Positions 1 through 16,811 are shown, counted from the stretch's first letter. The stretch: 64,000 bases of DNA from Chrysomallon squamiferum (GCA_012295275.1 CM022670.1:15624001-15688000); one strand, 5' to 3'. Made by a program: numbers and translations. The notes: a model not told the origin generated them from the sequence alone.

Positions 1-250
1 GATGTTAAAATACGCGTAAGTCTGTGTTATGCAGGTAGACTTATTTGTCTGTCAGTCTCTATTTGTCTGTCTCTCTTTGTCTGTTTTTGTATGTATGCAT
101 GTATGTGCGGGTGTATATATATATCTGTCTATCTGACTATCAATCCGTTTATATAAAAGAGAGAAAGGTCTAAAGAAAACTAAACGAATTTTGGACTTCA
201 GGTTCTTATTTTACTCTATTATCTGTATTAACATTTGTTTGTTTTTGTTT

Positions 251-289
<39 letters not shown>

Positions 290-549
290 TCTGCATGCAT
301 CATTCGTACTCTTCTTTTTAATTCTTTTAACATTTTTTCGTTAACGTTTTTGGTTAGTGTAACCATGTACTTCAGTTATTTTCAAGCTGTAATTTTCACA
401 TATTATAAAGTTGTTTAAAGCCAAGAATGGATATTATGTTACATGCACATGTTGGTGTATGAATATATATCCAGGATCTGTCTATGTAAAAGTCAAAAAT
501 TTCTTTACATTTTTGTATCTTTGAGTATTTAAATATATTAAAATAAAGT

Positions 550-652
<103 letters not shown>

Positions 653-861
653 AATATGAAGATAGATAAGAATAAAATAAATAGAAAGATAGATGTGAAT
701 GTGTTTGTGCAAACATGTGCATGTACCTATATGAGTGAATACTGGCACACACACACACAAACACACACACACATATGTGTATATGTATTTATATATTTAC
801 ATGTATATATGTATTTATATATTTACATGTATATATTTATATAATTTTATTATATGTCTGT

Positions 862-897
<36 letters not shown>

Positions 898-963
898 GTG
901 TGTGTGTGAACAATATAAAAAAATCAAAACACTACTGTAAGGTAACAGATCTATATTTTACAG

Positions 964-1124
964 GTAGCACATCACCATGTAACAAGCTGTACAAACTTAG
1001 TCTTGTTGACAGACTGTGGAATGAGGTCAGAGTTCCAGGAAATCCTGCACTGAACCATAACATATGTGTCATCCTTGAAAACTGCTTCATTTTACTCATA
1101 ATTTACTATTTTATTATTTTTTAA
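964..1124 (+). CDS. Probable terminal coding exon of an upstream gene; kelch-repeat-like peptide
   Basis: Acceptor ttttacag| ends at 963. Complex sequence amid microsatellites reads (G)STSPCNKLYKLSLVDRLWNEVRVPGNPALNHNICVILEN.., with kelch-like spacing (N.LY.L.L....W.EV...H..CV). Stop at 1122-1124. The upstream exons are not in the window. Confidence 0.4.
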
Positions 1125-1872
1125 TTTAATGTAATAATTCTTAATTTATTATTATCATCACTTGGTTTGTGACAACATGTTTTTAAATAATCCTCAATTT
1201 ATTTCTTTAGTGAATTTATAGTTTACATAATTTTAAATAATTTAAATGAAATCAACACAACCAGAACATTCCAAATGAATCATTATCAGTGATATATATT
1301 AATTTACATAAAATACTGAACAAATGTTTCTGCACTACTTTTTTTATTATAGTCAATGTATTTTTAAATAATTGACATAAACATTTCTCAGCATTATCTT
1401 TTTTCACCAAACAGAAAGACACTCAAAATAATAAATACATTTTAAAAATTCCAATCATCAGTAACATCAGTGCAAAATAATATTTTCCTGATGTTCATAA
1501 TTTGTTATCTACATTCTTCTGTTTTGAAGAATGGTTTTTCTACCTTAACCTCTTCATTGAGGTGAATACCACCATCACTATCAGCAATAATATGAACCAA
1601 TAGCAATGTCACCCAGGCAGTTTACAAGAGTCATAAATACGCTACATAAAAAAAAAATAATAATATTTTTTTTTACATACTGTAGTGTGAGACCAAAAAT
1701 TATCTTTAATAATAGGAGACAATCTAAATTATTAAAGTTTAAACTTATCATAATCACTAATGATCATAATATGTTCAGAGAAACATGTTACCTAAGTAAA
1801 ACTGCCAAGTAGTTACAGATACAACAATTTTTATTTTTGCTTGATTTTTTTGTTAACCCATTGGCCTTGTCA

Positions 1873-1968
1873 GATCATATCAAAATATATTTAATCATAT
1901 CAGTATATATTTAATGATATCAAAATATGTTTAATCACATCAAAATATGTTTAATCATATCGAAATAT
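1873..1968. repeat. 20-bp minisatellite (about 4.5 copies of atcatatcaaaatatgttta)
   Basis: Near-identical tandem units read directly from the sequence. Confidence 0.85.
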
Positions 1969-2259
1969 AAATAATGATGATGACTCTACTCATCAAAATT
2001 GATGTCACACACGCCTCTGAATACCCTCTATAAACTCAGTTATTCATTGTTATGTATATACTCCTTAATATTATATCATACACTATGTTTCTATATATAT
2101 ATATATATACTTTTCTTCTTCTTCTTCTTTTTTTAAATTTTTTTAATTTTTATTTGTTTATTTTTCCCCTAACCCTGATATTTGAATATTTTGAAGGAAC
2201 ATTTTTTAGTAGAATGACATTCTTATGGCACATTTGTTGAGTTGTTTCTTGTTTTAGTT

Positions 2260-2339
<80 letters not shown>

Positions 2340-2796
2340 TATTACTATTATTAAAATTATCATTACTAATACTACCACTACTACTACTATACAACAGATA
2401 ATAAATCATGTGACATTGTGCTTTATTTCATAAATAATTTGTGCTGTATTAAATTAAAAAATTAAAAAACAATTTTAAAAATCGAATTAACATTTATTTA
2501 GATGGTTTTACATTTCTTTTATTCATTAAAATCATTAATATTTTTTTCTATTAAAATTGTTGTTTTTGAAAACAATCACAATTAATTTATTAAAATAACC
2601 ATTACTTCATCCTAATCTATTTTATTCTTACTTGAAAAACCTTTTTATTTTATTTTATTTTATTTTTTTTTATTATTTTAGAAAGATGCTAATTGATAAC
2701 ATGTTCTTTTCGCTTACATGCCATCATGAAAAAACAAAAACAAAGAGCAAACGCATATTTCTCACAAATAACAGTAAACATTTATAAACATTTTAG

Positions 2797-6669
<3,873 letters not shown>

Positions 6670-6784
6670 TAGGAAGGACTACACAAGCAACATTACCTCC
6701 TAGTAGCAAAAATGTGTACACTATCAGTTACACCCGGAACATACGGACTGGCGAACAGTCGTGTTGAAAATGTTGCACTCTACT

Positions 6785-6995
6785 GACTACGTACAATAAG
6801 TATATCCTCTTTATAAGGTCACTGTTGTTTATCTGTTAGAAATTCCGTACAAAATTAAGCTCAGTTAACTTACATAATATTCCGACTGAATTGTTTGTTT
6901 TTAAAAATCCTTCTCAGCAGATGCTATTCGCGAAAGTTTTATTAGATGTCAAAATAAACTGAATACTTGTTTGTTTGTACTTCGTGACTCACGTC
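6785..6995 (-). promoter_or_regulatory. Conserved upstream block of the CABIT-SAM genes (also about 11370-11580, 15410-15612, 23667-23875)
   Basis: About 200 bp of non-coding sequence retained in all four units, roughly 100-330 bp upstream of the start codon. It contains an invariant AGAAATTCCG and an AP-1-like site (TGACTCA 6985-6991; TGAGTCA 11572-11578). Confidence 0.55.
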
Positions 6996-8747
6996 ACTGT
7001 AAGATAAGCTTGAAAAAAATGTCAACGTGCTTAAGTTGTAGCTTCCTTTTAGGTTATTTTGTGTCAGTCCGTAGAGATGGGCCAGTGTATAAGAAAATAA
7101 GTAACGTTAACACGATAGTGGATAACTTACTAGTCGCATAAAATTTATAATTACAAATTTCGTTTTATATCTACCACCTTCAAACAAAGGCAGCAGTAAT
7201 TTTCTGTAGTGATTCATTTGTCGACTGTAATGATTCGACCTATATGTAAACTTTTCTGTATGAAATGGCTGACTTCATCACGTATTCTAGTTACAGTTAA
7301 GTTACTTACCATGTAATTTACCCTTGAAAAATGAAAGTATATGCAAAGGAAAACGTTAAATATGTATACTTTGTTAGACTAGCTGGATTTGTTATATTTT
7401 TACGTGTTACATTAAAATCTAGTTTATAGTTATTTGACAAACTGTAAAAAGGGAATAGCATAATTGAAATATAATTATTCGCCAGGAACCATGTACATTT
7501 TCATTGCATCAGGGATTTTTACTACAAACTACCCCTAATCAACGATGTTTCTAAAGATAGATATATATATATATATTTTTTTTTTTTCTGAAACATCACT
7601 TGAACTGTTATTTTTACACAGTTACAAGTTTTATTTACATGCACGTTCCAAAAAAATAGATTTTCGCCACTCTTTACAATTTCACTTGATGAAACTGGTC
7701 GATTCGACAATTCTGACAAGCGAAAGTGGTCTTATATATAGTTTTTATATCTGACCTTTTTGTATTTGCAAAGCAGTAAAAGAAAAATCGTAGCTACATA
7801 CTCAGTAAAACCTCAGCAAACAAAGAGTGGTCTTAACGATTCAAGACTACCAAATAAATAAAGAACAAAAACAACACAAGCCTCTAATAATCCTAACACC
7901 GAAAACAAGGGAAATTACTCCATACATGTTGGTTATTCATGTAGAAAAAGAAAAAGAAATAATTATATTTTATTTTTAAAATTCTTTTCAATTTAGCCAT
8001 AGAGCCAGGTAAACTATCATTAAATAATTTAAAATATTAAATCACTATATCAAAATGGCCGACCAGTGATGGTAAGTAAATAAAATTATAGCATTCAAAA
8101 ATGAAGCCTCAGCGTAAGGAGTAAGGCTAAGCACAATTAATTTTAAGTCATTATTACCCCGCCTCGAACGTTACGACAATATTACTGTTAATATATAAAC
8201 GATAAATTAAATTTATATCTGAACTAGAAATGTGTACAAATACCAATTTGTAGTTATTATTTCCTCTTACAGAATATGTATACGGGCACTCCCACAATAT
8301 TTACACTGAATACACAAGTAGGCATCTAGTACTAACATTAATTTAGAAAATAAAAAAATAAAAATAAAGAGATAAACAGAACACCTGTCGATTAAAATAA
8401 ATACATTTTAAAAAATTGCATAAAAGACATGTTTAAATTAAGATGTTAGATATTTAGCAACAATCTGTAGCATTCTTAAATAACTTTTCTCAGCAAAAAA
8501 TTTAACTTAACTTTATAAGTAGTGCATTTGAAGTTAGTGAATTGTTCTCTAACAAAGCAAAGCAATTTTGTTTGGAATTTTCATACCAGATAAAATCATA
8601 TTTTCAGTAACATCTCCTAGATTCCCTATATTAGATTTTATTTAAGAATTGGGTTTTTCTGGTATGTTGAAATCCCACTATTCATAAACCACCATAAACA
8701 AAGAAATTTAAAAATAATTAAATGAGAAGAGCCTTTCTTATTGTTGG

Positions 8748-8828
8748 CAGTGGTGTATCTAGGGGAAATAGCGCCTATAGCAAGCACTGAAATTGTACCC
8801 ATGTCCAAGCATCTCACACCACTATTAA

Positions 8829-8910
<82 letters not shown>

Positions 8911-9516
8911 AATATACCTGGAGTGTATTGTTGTAGGATATAGAACGAACTCTTTAAAAAAAAAAATCACAAGACTTTGTGAAATTGAAAGAGAATTGAG
9001 GAATTAATTTGTGAGATAAATGTGTGATAAGAATGAGATTATTAAGAAAAATAACTAAATCCAGTCACCCTTCATTAAATAAAAGTTTTATTCAAATATA
9101 TATTTAGGCTTTATACAAGACTTTTTTACGTATATACCTAAGATTATGTATTGTATATGGTCATAAATATTTGGCTGAGGCAAAAAGACTCACCAAAACA
9201 TAAAGTATAACCTACTTAAGTCATAGGTACCCAAACTATGAATTTTTTTTTTTAGTAAGAACATTATATTTCAAAGATTACTATATTTTACTACATTACT
9301 GTATTATTATAAGCACTATATTTTTACATAATAATTTAAACAAGTTCTTTAACAATCTGGCCACCCTAGTGCTTCTCACACACATAAAAAGACAAAATGA
9401 TAGATCATATGTTTGAAGAAGATTCTTTTTTTAAAATTCTTTTCGGATTCTGCTGAGTGGCACCCTCTTCAAGTGGTGGTAATTGCCATACCTGCCATAC
9501 CCTAGACACATCCCTG
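8748..9516. mobile_element. Non-autonomous hAT-type DNA transposon (769 bp)
   Basis: Imperfect TIRs CAGTGGTGTATCTAGG (from 8748, +) and CAGGGATGTGTCTAGG (from 9516, -). A perfect 8-bp target-site duplication ATTGTTGG lies at 8740-8747 and 9517-9524. No coding capacity. Confidence 0.85.
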
Positions 9517-9651
9517 ATTGTTGGATGATATAAAACAAAAAAAAAATGTAAAAGAATAAAACAAAAAAAAAATTAAATTTGTCAGAATTATATGGACAAA
9601 AATTATTATTGAAATTATAAGACAAGAAATTTTGTTGTTTAATCCTTTCAG

Positions 9652-9802
9652 ACAATGTTACCTAAGCTTACCCACTCTTTCATCGGCCTCAGTTTGAAAT
9701 TATGGAGGATGGCTGCCAGGCTTTCCAGTCAAAACGGAATTTGCGAGATTCAAAGAAGATTGTGAAGAATGGAGACTAAGTGCTGTTAACAGTGACTTCC
9801 AG
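9652..9802 (+). pseudogene. MTMR9: Orphan disabled exon resembling myotubularin-related protein 9
   Basis: Bounded by cctttcag| and |gtaggt. It reads (D)NVT*AYPLFHRPQFEIMEDGCQAF/-/TEFARFKEDCEEWRLSAVNSDFQ, matching recalled MTMR9 DSITLMYPFFYRPMFEVIEDGWHSF.PEQEF...SEWRLSYVNKEF. It has an in-frame TAA at 9663-9665 and a 1-nt frameshift. Confidence 0.75.
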
Positions 9803-10721
9803 GTAGGTGGGGCTAAATTTTGTATCCTAGGAGCATAATTTCAACATGCAGAGATCAGTCAGGGCGTTTGGTAAAAAAATAAATAATATCAGTGGAGGAT
9901 CCAGGAGAGGGGTGAATTCCTAGGAATTGTGTGTGTCTGTGTGTGTGTGTGTGTGTGTGTCTGTATGTGTGTGTGTGTGTTCATTCATTTTTAATGAATT
10001 TACGAATATACTGACAATCACTACTGATTAAAATTTACTATTTAGCAAAATACATTACATAAATAATGTGTCACAGACACCCCAGAATATTCTCTGTAAA
10101 CTCAGTAAATCATTGTTTTATATATTCCTTAATATCATATCATACACTATTTCCATTATTATATATAAACCATATATATTATTTCTTTTTTTTTTCTCTT
10201 TTCATTAGTAGGATGAATGACGTCACGTGCTGCGAAACGTTATTTAATAATGCTACTGATTGTTCCTAAATACGATAAAATTTCTTGTTTTCGTTTTTCT
10301 TCTTCTTCTTCTTACTACTACTACTATTACTACTATAAAAGAGATAATGCATCATGTGACATAGAGCTTTATTTCATAAATCAGTTGCGCTGTATTAACT
10401 TAAAAAATTAAAAAACTATTTTAAAAATCGAATTAACATTTATTAAGATGGTTTTACATTTCTTTTATTCATTAATATTATTTTCTATTATAACTTGTTT
10501 TTAAAACAATCACAAATGATTTATCAAAATAACCATTAATCCATCCTTATCTATTTTATTTTTAATTGAAAAATTTTTTTTTTTTTTTTTTAAATTCATT
10601 TATATACTTATTTCTTTCTTTCTCTTTCTATCTTTATTATTATTGTTATTATTATTATTGTTATTGTTACTATTATTATTAGTATTAGTATTAGTATTAG
10701 TATTAGTATTGTTATTGTTAC

Positions 10722-10767
<46 letters not shown>

Positions 10768-10900
10768 GAAAGGAGAAACTGATAATTAGATGCTAATTGA
10801 TAATATATTCTTTTCGCTTACATACCTTCATGAGAAAACCAAAAACAAAGAGCAAACGCATATTTCTCACAAATAACAGTAAACATTTTCAAATATTTAG

Positions 10901-11275
10901 TTAATCATCCAGCTTGGGTCTCCATCCACGTTGAATTTTTTTCACTTTCAGTAACTCAAATTTGCTAAGCCTAAATGGCTCTCTTCTCAACTGGTGACGT
11001 GATAAACCAAAGAAAAGTTCTCCATCACTTTTGTGTAATGCAAAGTTCAGCGAGTACTGGTAGTCCGCATTCTAAAAAACAGCCCCTTTGTTCTTGTACA
11101 CTCATTCCAGCGAATGGTTATCTTGCGAAGTGCAGTCGTTTTCAGAATAGAAGCCTTCACCTACCTTAACAACTACAGGCAGAGTCACTTTTTCGTCAAT
11201 CTCTTTAAGGATACACGTTTCTTCAGACCAGTATTTATCATCGTTACAATCGGACGTCGACGACGGTGTCGCAAT
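10901..11275 (-). pseudogene. Internally deleted CABIT-SAM pseudogene (start of exon 1 fused to end of exon 4)
   Basis: 11275-11126 is the first 50 codons of exon 1 with ATG changed to ATT. 11125-10901 is the SAM-coding end of exon 4. The junction is out of frame (..CTSQDNHSLE*). It keeps its own upstream block and 3' flank. Confidence 0.9.
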
Positions 11276-11944
11276 TACGAAGGACTACTTGCAAAAATGT
11301 GTACCTTATCAGTTACTTCTGAAATGTAAAGACCGGTGAATAGGCCAGCTGAAAACGTTGCGCTGTGTTGACTACGTACAATACGTGTATCCTCTTTATG
11401 AGGTCACTGTTGTTTATCTGTTAGAAATTCCGTACAAAATTAAGCTCAATTAACTTACATAATATTCCGTTTGATTTGTTTGTTTTTTAAAAATCCCTTC
11501 TCAGCAGATGTTATTCGCGACAGTTTTTATTAGATGTCAACATAAACTGAATACTTGTTGTTTGAACTTAATGAGTCATGTCATTATGATATAAGCTCTA
11601 TAATGGCTGATTTCATCAGGATTCTAATTAAAGTTAAGTTACTCATGGTGTAATTTACATATCGGAAACTGCTGTTTTTTAAAAAATCACAATTAATTTA
11701 TCAAAATAAGCACTGCTTCTTCCTTATCTATTTTATTCTTATTTCAAAAACCTTTCTTCTTCTTCTTTATTTATTTTACTAAATTTCTTTCTTTCTTTCT
11801 TTCTATCTTTTTTTATTATTGTCATAGAAATGAGAAACTGATAATTAGCTGCTGACTGGTAAGAGACTATTTTCGCCTACATACCATCATAAAAAAAAAA
11901 ATTAAAAACAAAGAAAACTAATAAGAGTAAACATTTTAAAATAT

Positions 11945-12703
11945 TCAGTTAATCATCCATTTTGGTCTCCATCCACACTGGATTTTTTTCACTTTCAGTA
12001 ACTCAAATTCGCTAAGCATAAATGGCTCTTTTCTCAAATGGTCACCTGACAAACTATCGAAAAGTTCTCCATCAATTTTGTGTGTGATGCAAAGTTCAGC
12101 GAGTTCTGGTAGTCCGCATTCTAAAAAACAGTCCCTTAGTTCTTGTACACTCATTCCAGACAATGGTTGTTTTCTTGAATATTCTCCTTCTTTATCAGTG
12201 CATGACGTCACTTCCCTTCTTTCTGTGAACGAAAATCGCACTTTAACTTTATCGTAGATTTTTCTATCAAGAGTTTTCACCTGAAAATTGGTGACTTCCC
12301 CATCGTCAATATAGTCATAGACGTGGTCTTCCTCATAATGTAGCGTTTCATGCAACACAGAATAAAACTCTGCCGACATTTTTTTTAGAGTCTGATTTCT
12401 TCTCAGACCTAACAGTTTGACGAAAGATCTACCTAAAGATTGAACCTTGCTTTTCTTGCCTGACTGAAAATAATGTAACATATATAAATTCAAAAGTAAA
12501 TATATATATATATATATATATATATAATGTAACAAATATTTGTATTTTCAGTATATTGAGTGTATACAAATGTAGCCTATGAATTCAAAATTGAAATATT
12601 CAGAATAAAATGGGATGTGTTACTAGTGCCAGTCTTGAATAGATTTCTTGACGACTTGTTCAAATACAGTAATCGTATCTCAGCATTTTTTTAATCATCA
12701 TCA

Positions 12704-12758
<55 letters not shown>

Positions 12759-12818
12759 TGTTGTTCTTGCTGCTGTTGTTGTTATTATTATTGATATTGT
12801 TTTATTATTGTTGGGTTG

Positions 12819-12859
<41 letters not shown>

Positions 12860-15294
12860 GATTATTATTATTATTATTTCCAGTCTCAGTGATGGGATAG
12901 GCTGATTCCGTCTCTTATTTTGTTGACAGTGAAATGTTATAAGTCCATTCTTGGTAAATAAACTCTGCTGTAATCCCCTATTGTTTCATCGTTTGCTATG
13001 CTTGACCGGTTCAGTCAATATATAATATATAATAATAGGTGCGGGCACAGTGAGGTGACCCCATTTTAAATGCTTCTTTATAATCGGTGACACGCTTTCC
13101 ATTATTAACTCAATGAGTAAATGTAATTGTAAAATGCTTACTTGTTCAGGCAACATTCGTCTTCTCGCGTATTCTGAAAAATAAAACAAACACAACTAAT
13201 TCTACATGTGTAAAAATATATTAGAATGCATTAGCAACAGAAAATAATACGAATGCAGATAAATTAATGGAACTTTTGTACAGTGTTAACATTTTAAATA
13301 GGAATGTTTTTGTTTTATGACCTTTGATGGAATTAAATAGCAAACCTTGTTTCTGTAAATCCATGCTACTTGCAAATATATCACCAATCAGCGGCATTCC
13401 AGAAACATATTTTTGAGATGAATGCTTATCTGAAATTAAATAAGAAATGAAAAATATATTTCCATGTTATGAACAGAAATTATTACTATTATTTATAACA
13501 CAGTTAAACTATATACTTTACTGGAATAAAGAATGGATATTAACGTGTATATTTAGTTATTTAATCAATAAAACGATTGATTTGACAATGAGCAGAAAAA
13601 AGAAAAAAACAACTAATCTTTGAACTATCATTTTATTTGGTGTGTTTTTTAATTATGTACAGACAGCATTCTGAATGAGAAGTCATTCTAGACGATCTTT
13701 AGTGTGGAAGACTCAATTAAAAAATAATAAAAATAATTGAAAATGTCTCCATGAAAGAAAATGTATAGTGAAATATTTTTATTGTTTTTTTCATATCATT
13801 TTTCTTATTATTTCTTATTATTATTTAAGCAATATACCTTGTACGCACAACTCTAGTATACTGCCTAATTGTTGCTTTAATAATTTTCATTTCTATTCAA
13901 AATGTAAAACTGTTTTACTTCTTCATTTGTATCGTGCTTGTCATCAAATATATTTCCCAAAACAATCTCGATCAAATATCTAAACGATTATAAACGATTA
14001 AAACAAATTGATTAAAAAATATGTTTCAACTTACAAACTTGCACTATAGATACAATTAACATAAATAAATCCAGAATTCGGATTTTAAAAATTTACCAGA
14101 TTGTATTGTTTCTGATTTTCTGGACTTCATCTCTAATTTTGATGGTTTCTGCAGGACCGTTCTCGACTGCGGAAATGTTCTGAGTTTCTCCCTGTCATTG
14201 GAACCATATGACTTTCCACGTTGTATTTCTGAACGGGTGATTGCAGTCGCGGGCTTGAGAGCAGACACAGATGTGACATTATCCGAATGGACAGCAGACA
14301 ATGACGGACGCGTTGCTTCTTCATCGAGACAAATTTTGTTGAAAAGTTCAATGTACAAAGCTTCTTCGACAGACCGCTCTGAGCTCTGATTTCGGAAATG
14401 AAGGAAAACTAAATCTTCGTAAACAGACGTATTTTTATTATTTGGAAGCTGGACTTCGATGTTTGCCACTACATCGTTGTCTAGGTGAAGAATAAGAGCA
14501 TTACGTCGACAAACAGGAGCTGAAGAATCAGACTGGAATGACTTGTAGTGTGCAAAGAAAAACTTTCTCTCACATTTCCTTCCAGTAAGAATTACCTCTC
14601 CTGTGAAAGTCTTGAAGTTAGCTACAGCTTCTAGGAAAGTTTTTGTGAAAGAATTAGTGGTCCCCAGTTCCATGAATTTAATATACTGCGGACATCGAAA
14701 TTTTAAAATTTCCTCAACAGTGTACATAGTGTTATTTGCTACAGTTATGAAAGAACCTTTAATTTTATGTGGAATAACCATTTTTGATTTCCTGCAAATC
14801 ACTCTCAAACCAATTAGTTTATTCTGTGAATTTGCAACTATGGCTAAATTTTCTAGAATATCATTTTCCATCAGAATATTTAGTTTGCCCTTTACATCTT
14901 CGAAAATAATTGTACTTCCAATTTTGACTTTGCTGGGCAAGAACTGAATGAGCTGACGTACGGAAGTGTACTCAAACCCCACTCCGTGAATTGGTAAGAC
15001 AGGTACGTAACCTTTGTATTTCAGAGGGATTCTCAGTTGTTTTCTTGTTGTTCTGAACTCATTACCATCCCACCTCGCAACATAGGCTTCCGCCCATGTC
15101 TCAGTTTCACTCGAATCTATTTTAATTATGTCATCTCGCGAAAACGAACTGCAGTCGTTTTCGGAACAGAAACCTTCACATACCTTAACAACTACAGGCA
15201 AAGTGACTTTTTCACCAATCTCCTTAAGGGTACACGTTTCTTCAGACCAGAATTTATCATCGTCACAATTGGACGTGGACGATGGTGTCGCCAT
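11945..15294 (-). CDS. CABIT + SAM domain adaptor (GAREM/THEMIS-like), copy B, 610 aa
   Basis: Exons 15294-14097, 13429-13346, 13173-13142 and 12463-11945 total 1833 nt, are GT-AG and give a continuous ORF. Same CABIT and SAM motifs as copy A; ends GWRPKWMIN. Confidence 0.85.
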
Positions 15295-16811
15295 TACGAA
15301 GGACTACTGAAACAACATTACCTCACAGCAGCAAAAATGTGTACCCTATCAGTTATATGTGAAATATAATGACCGACGACTAGGCCAGCTGAAAATGTTC
15401 CGCTCTGTCGACTACGTACAATAAGTATATCCTGTTTTTACAGTCACTGTTGTTTATCTGTTAGAAATTCCGTACAAAATTAAGCTCAATTAACTTACAT
15501 AATATTCCGTTTGATTTGTTTGTTTTTTAAAAATCCCTTCTCAGCAGATGTTATTTGCGACAGTTTTATTAGATGTCAAAATAAACTGAATACTTGTTTG
15601 TACTTAATGAGTCGTTTCTTTATGAGACAAGCTCTATAATGGCTGATTTCCTCGGGATTCTAAATACAGTTCAGTTACTCATCATGTAATTTACGTATCG
15701 GAAAATGAAAATATGCAAAGGAAAAGGTTAAATTCTGCTACCAGGAAGACGCAGATAAATAGACATAGTAGCCGAGTGATAAACACATTGCGCTGGGGAT
15801 TAAAGAAGTGTGATCTATTTAATTTTATTTGATTAAATAAATTTGGGCAAAACAGTCTTGTGTATCCGTCATGCATATTTAGTGTGATTCAAAACTAAAG
15901 TTATGTGTATTCTTTGTTAGCCTGCCTCGATCATTTATCTTTTTACTGGTACTTTAGTTTATACTTACTTGTCAAACTGTAAAAAGAGACAGCATAATTG
16001 AAATATAATTATACGCACATCCATTGGCCAAGAACCAAGTACATTTTCATTGCATCGAAGATGTTTACTAGAAACTATCCCTAATCAATGATGTTTAGTG
16101 TAAACTGTGGTTGTTACACATTTAGAAGTTTTATTTGTTAAGCGAAAGAGTTCTTATATATATGAAATAATTATATTATGTTTTTAAAAATTCTTTTCAG
16201 TCTAATCATTGAGTCTAGTAAACTATCATTAAATAATTTAAAATATTAAATCACTAGATCAAAATGGCCGACCAGTGCTGGTAAGTAAATAAAATTATAG
16301 CATTCAAAAATGAAGCCTAAGCCTAAGGAGTAAGGCTAAGCACAATGTTTAGTCATTATTATTCCCCCCCCAAAAAAAAAAAACAAAAAAAAAAACGGTA
16401 CGACAGTATTACTGTTAATATATAAAAGATAAATTAAATGTAATTCTGAACTGGAAGTGTGTATAAATATTATTTCCCCTAACAGAATACCTATACCGGC
16501 ACTCGCATATTTACAATGAATACACAGGTATCTAGCACTAACTTATTAATTTAAAAAATAAAAAGCTAACAGAACAAGATTCAAATAAATTTAAAAAAAA
16601 TAAAAATACTTTTTCTTAAAATGTTTTGTTTCGGATTGCATGTTTCGTAATACAATTTTCAGTGATTTGAATCTATTATTATCAAATTAGAAATTAATAA
16701 ATAAAAATGTAATTTATGTTTGATCAATAACTACCCAAGAAAATAAATTATGATATACATTTGAATTCTTTTAAAGTTTATAATTAATTAAAATCGGTCT
16801 AAAGTTTTTAT

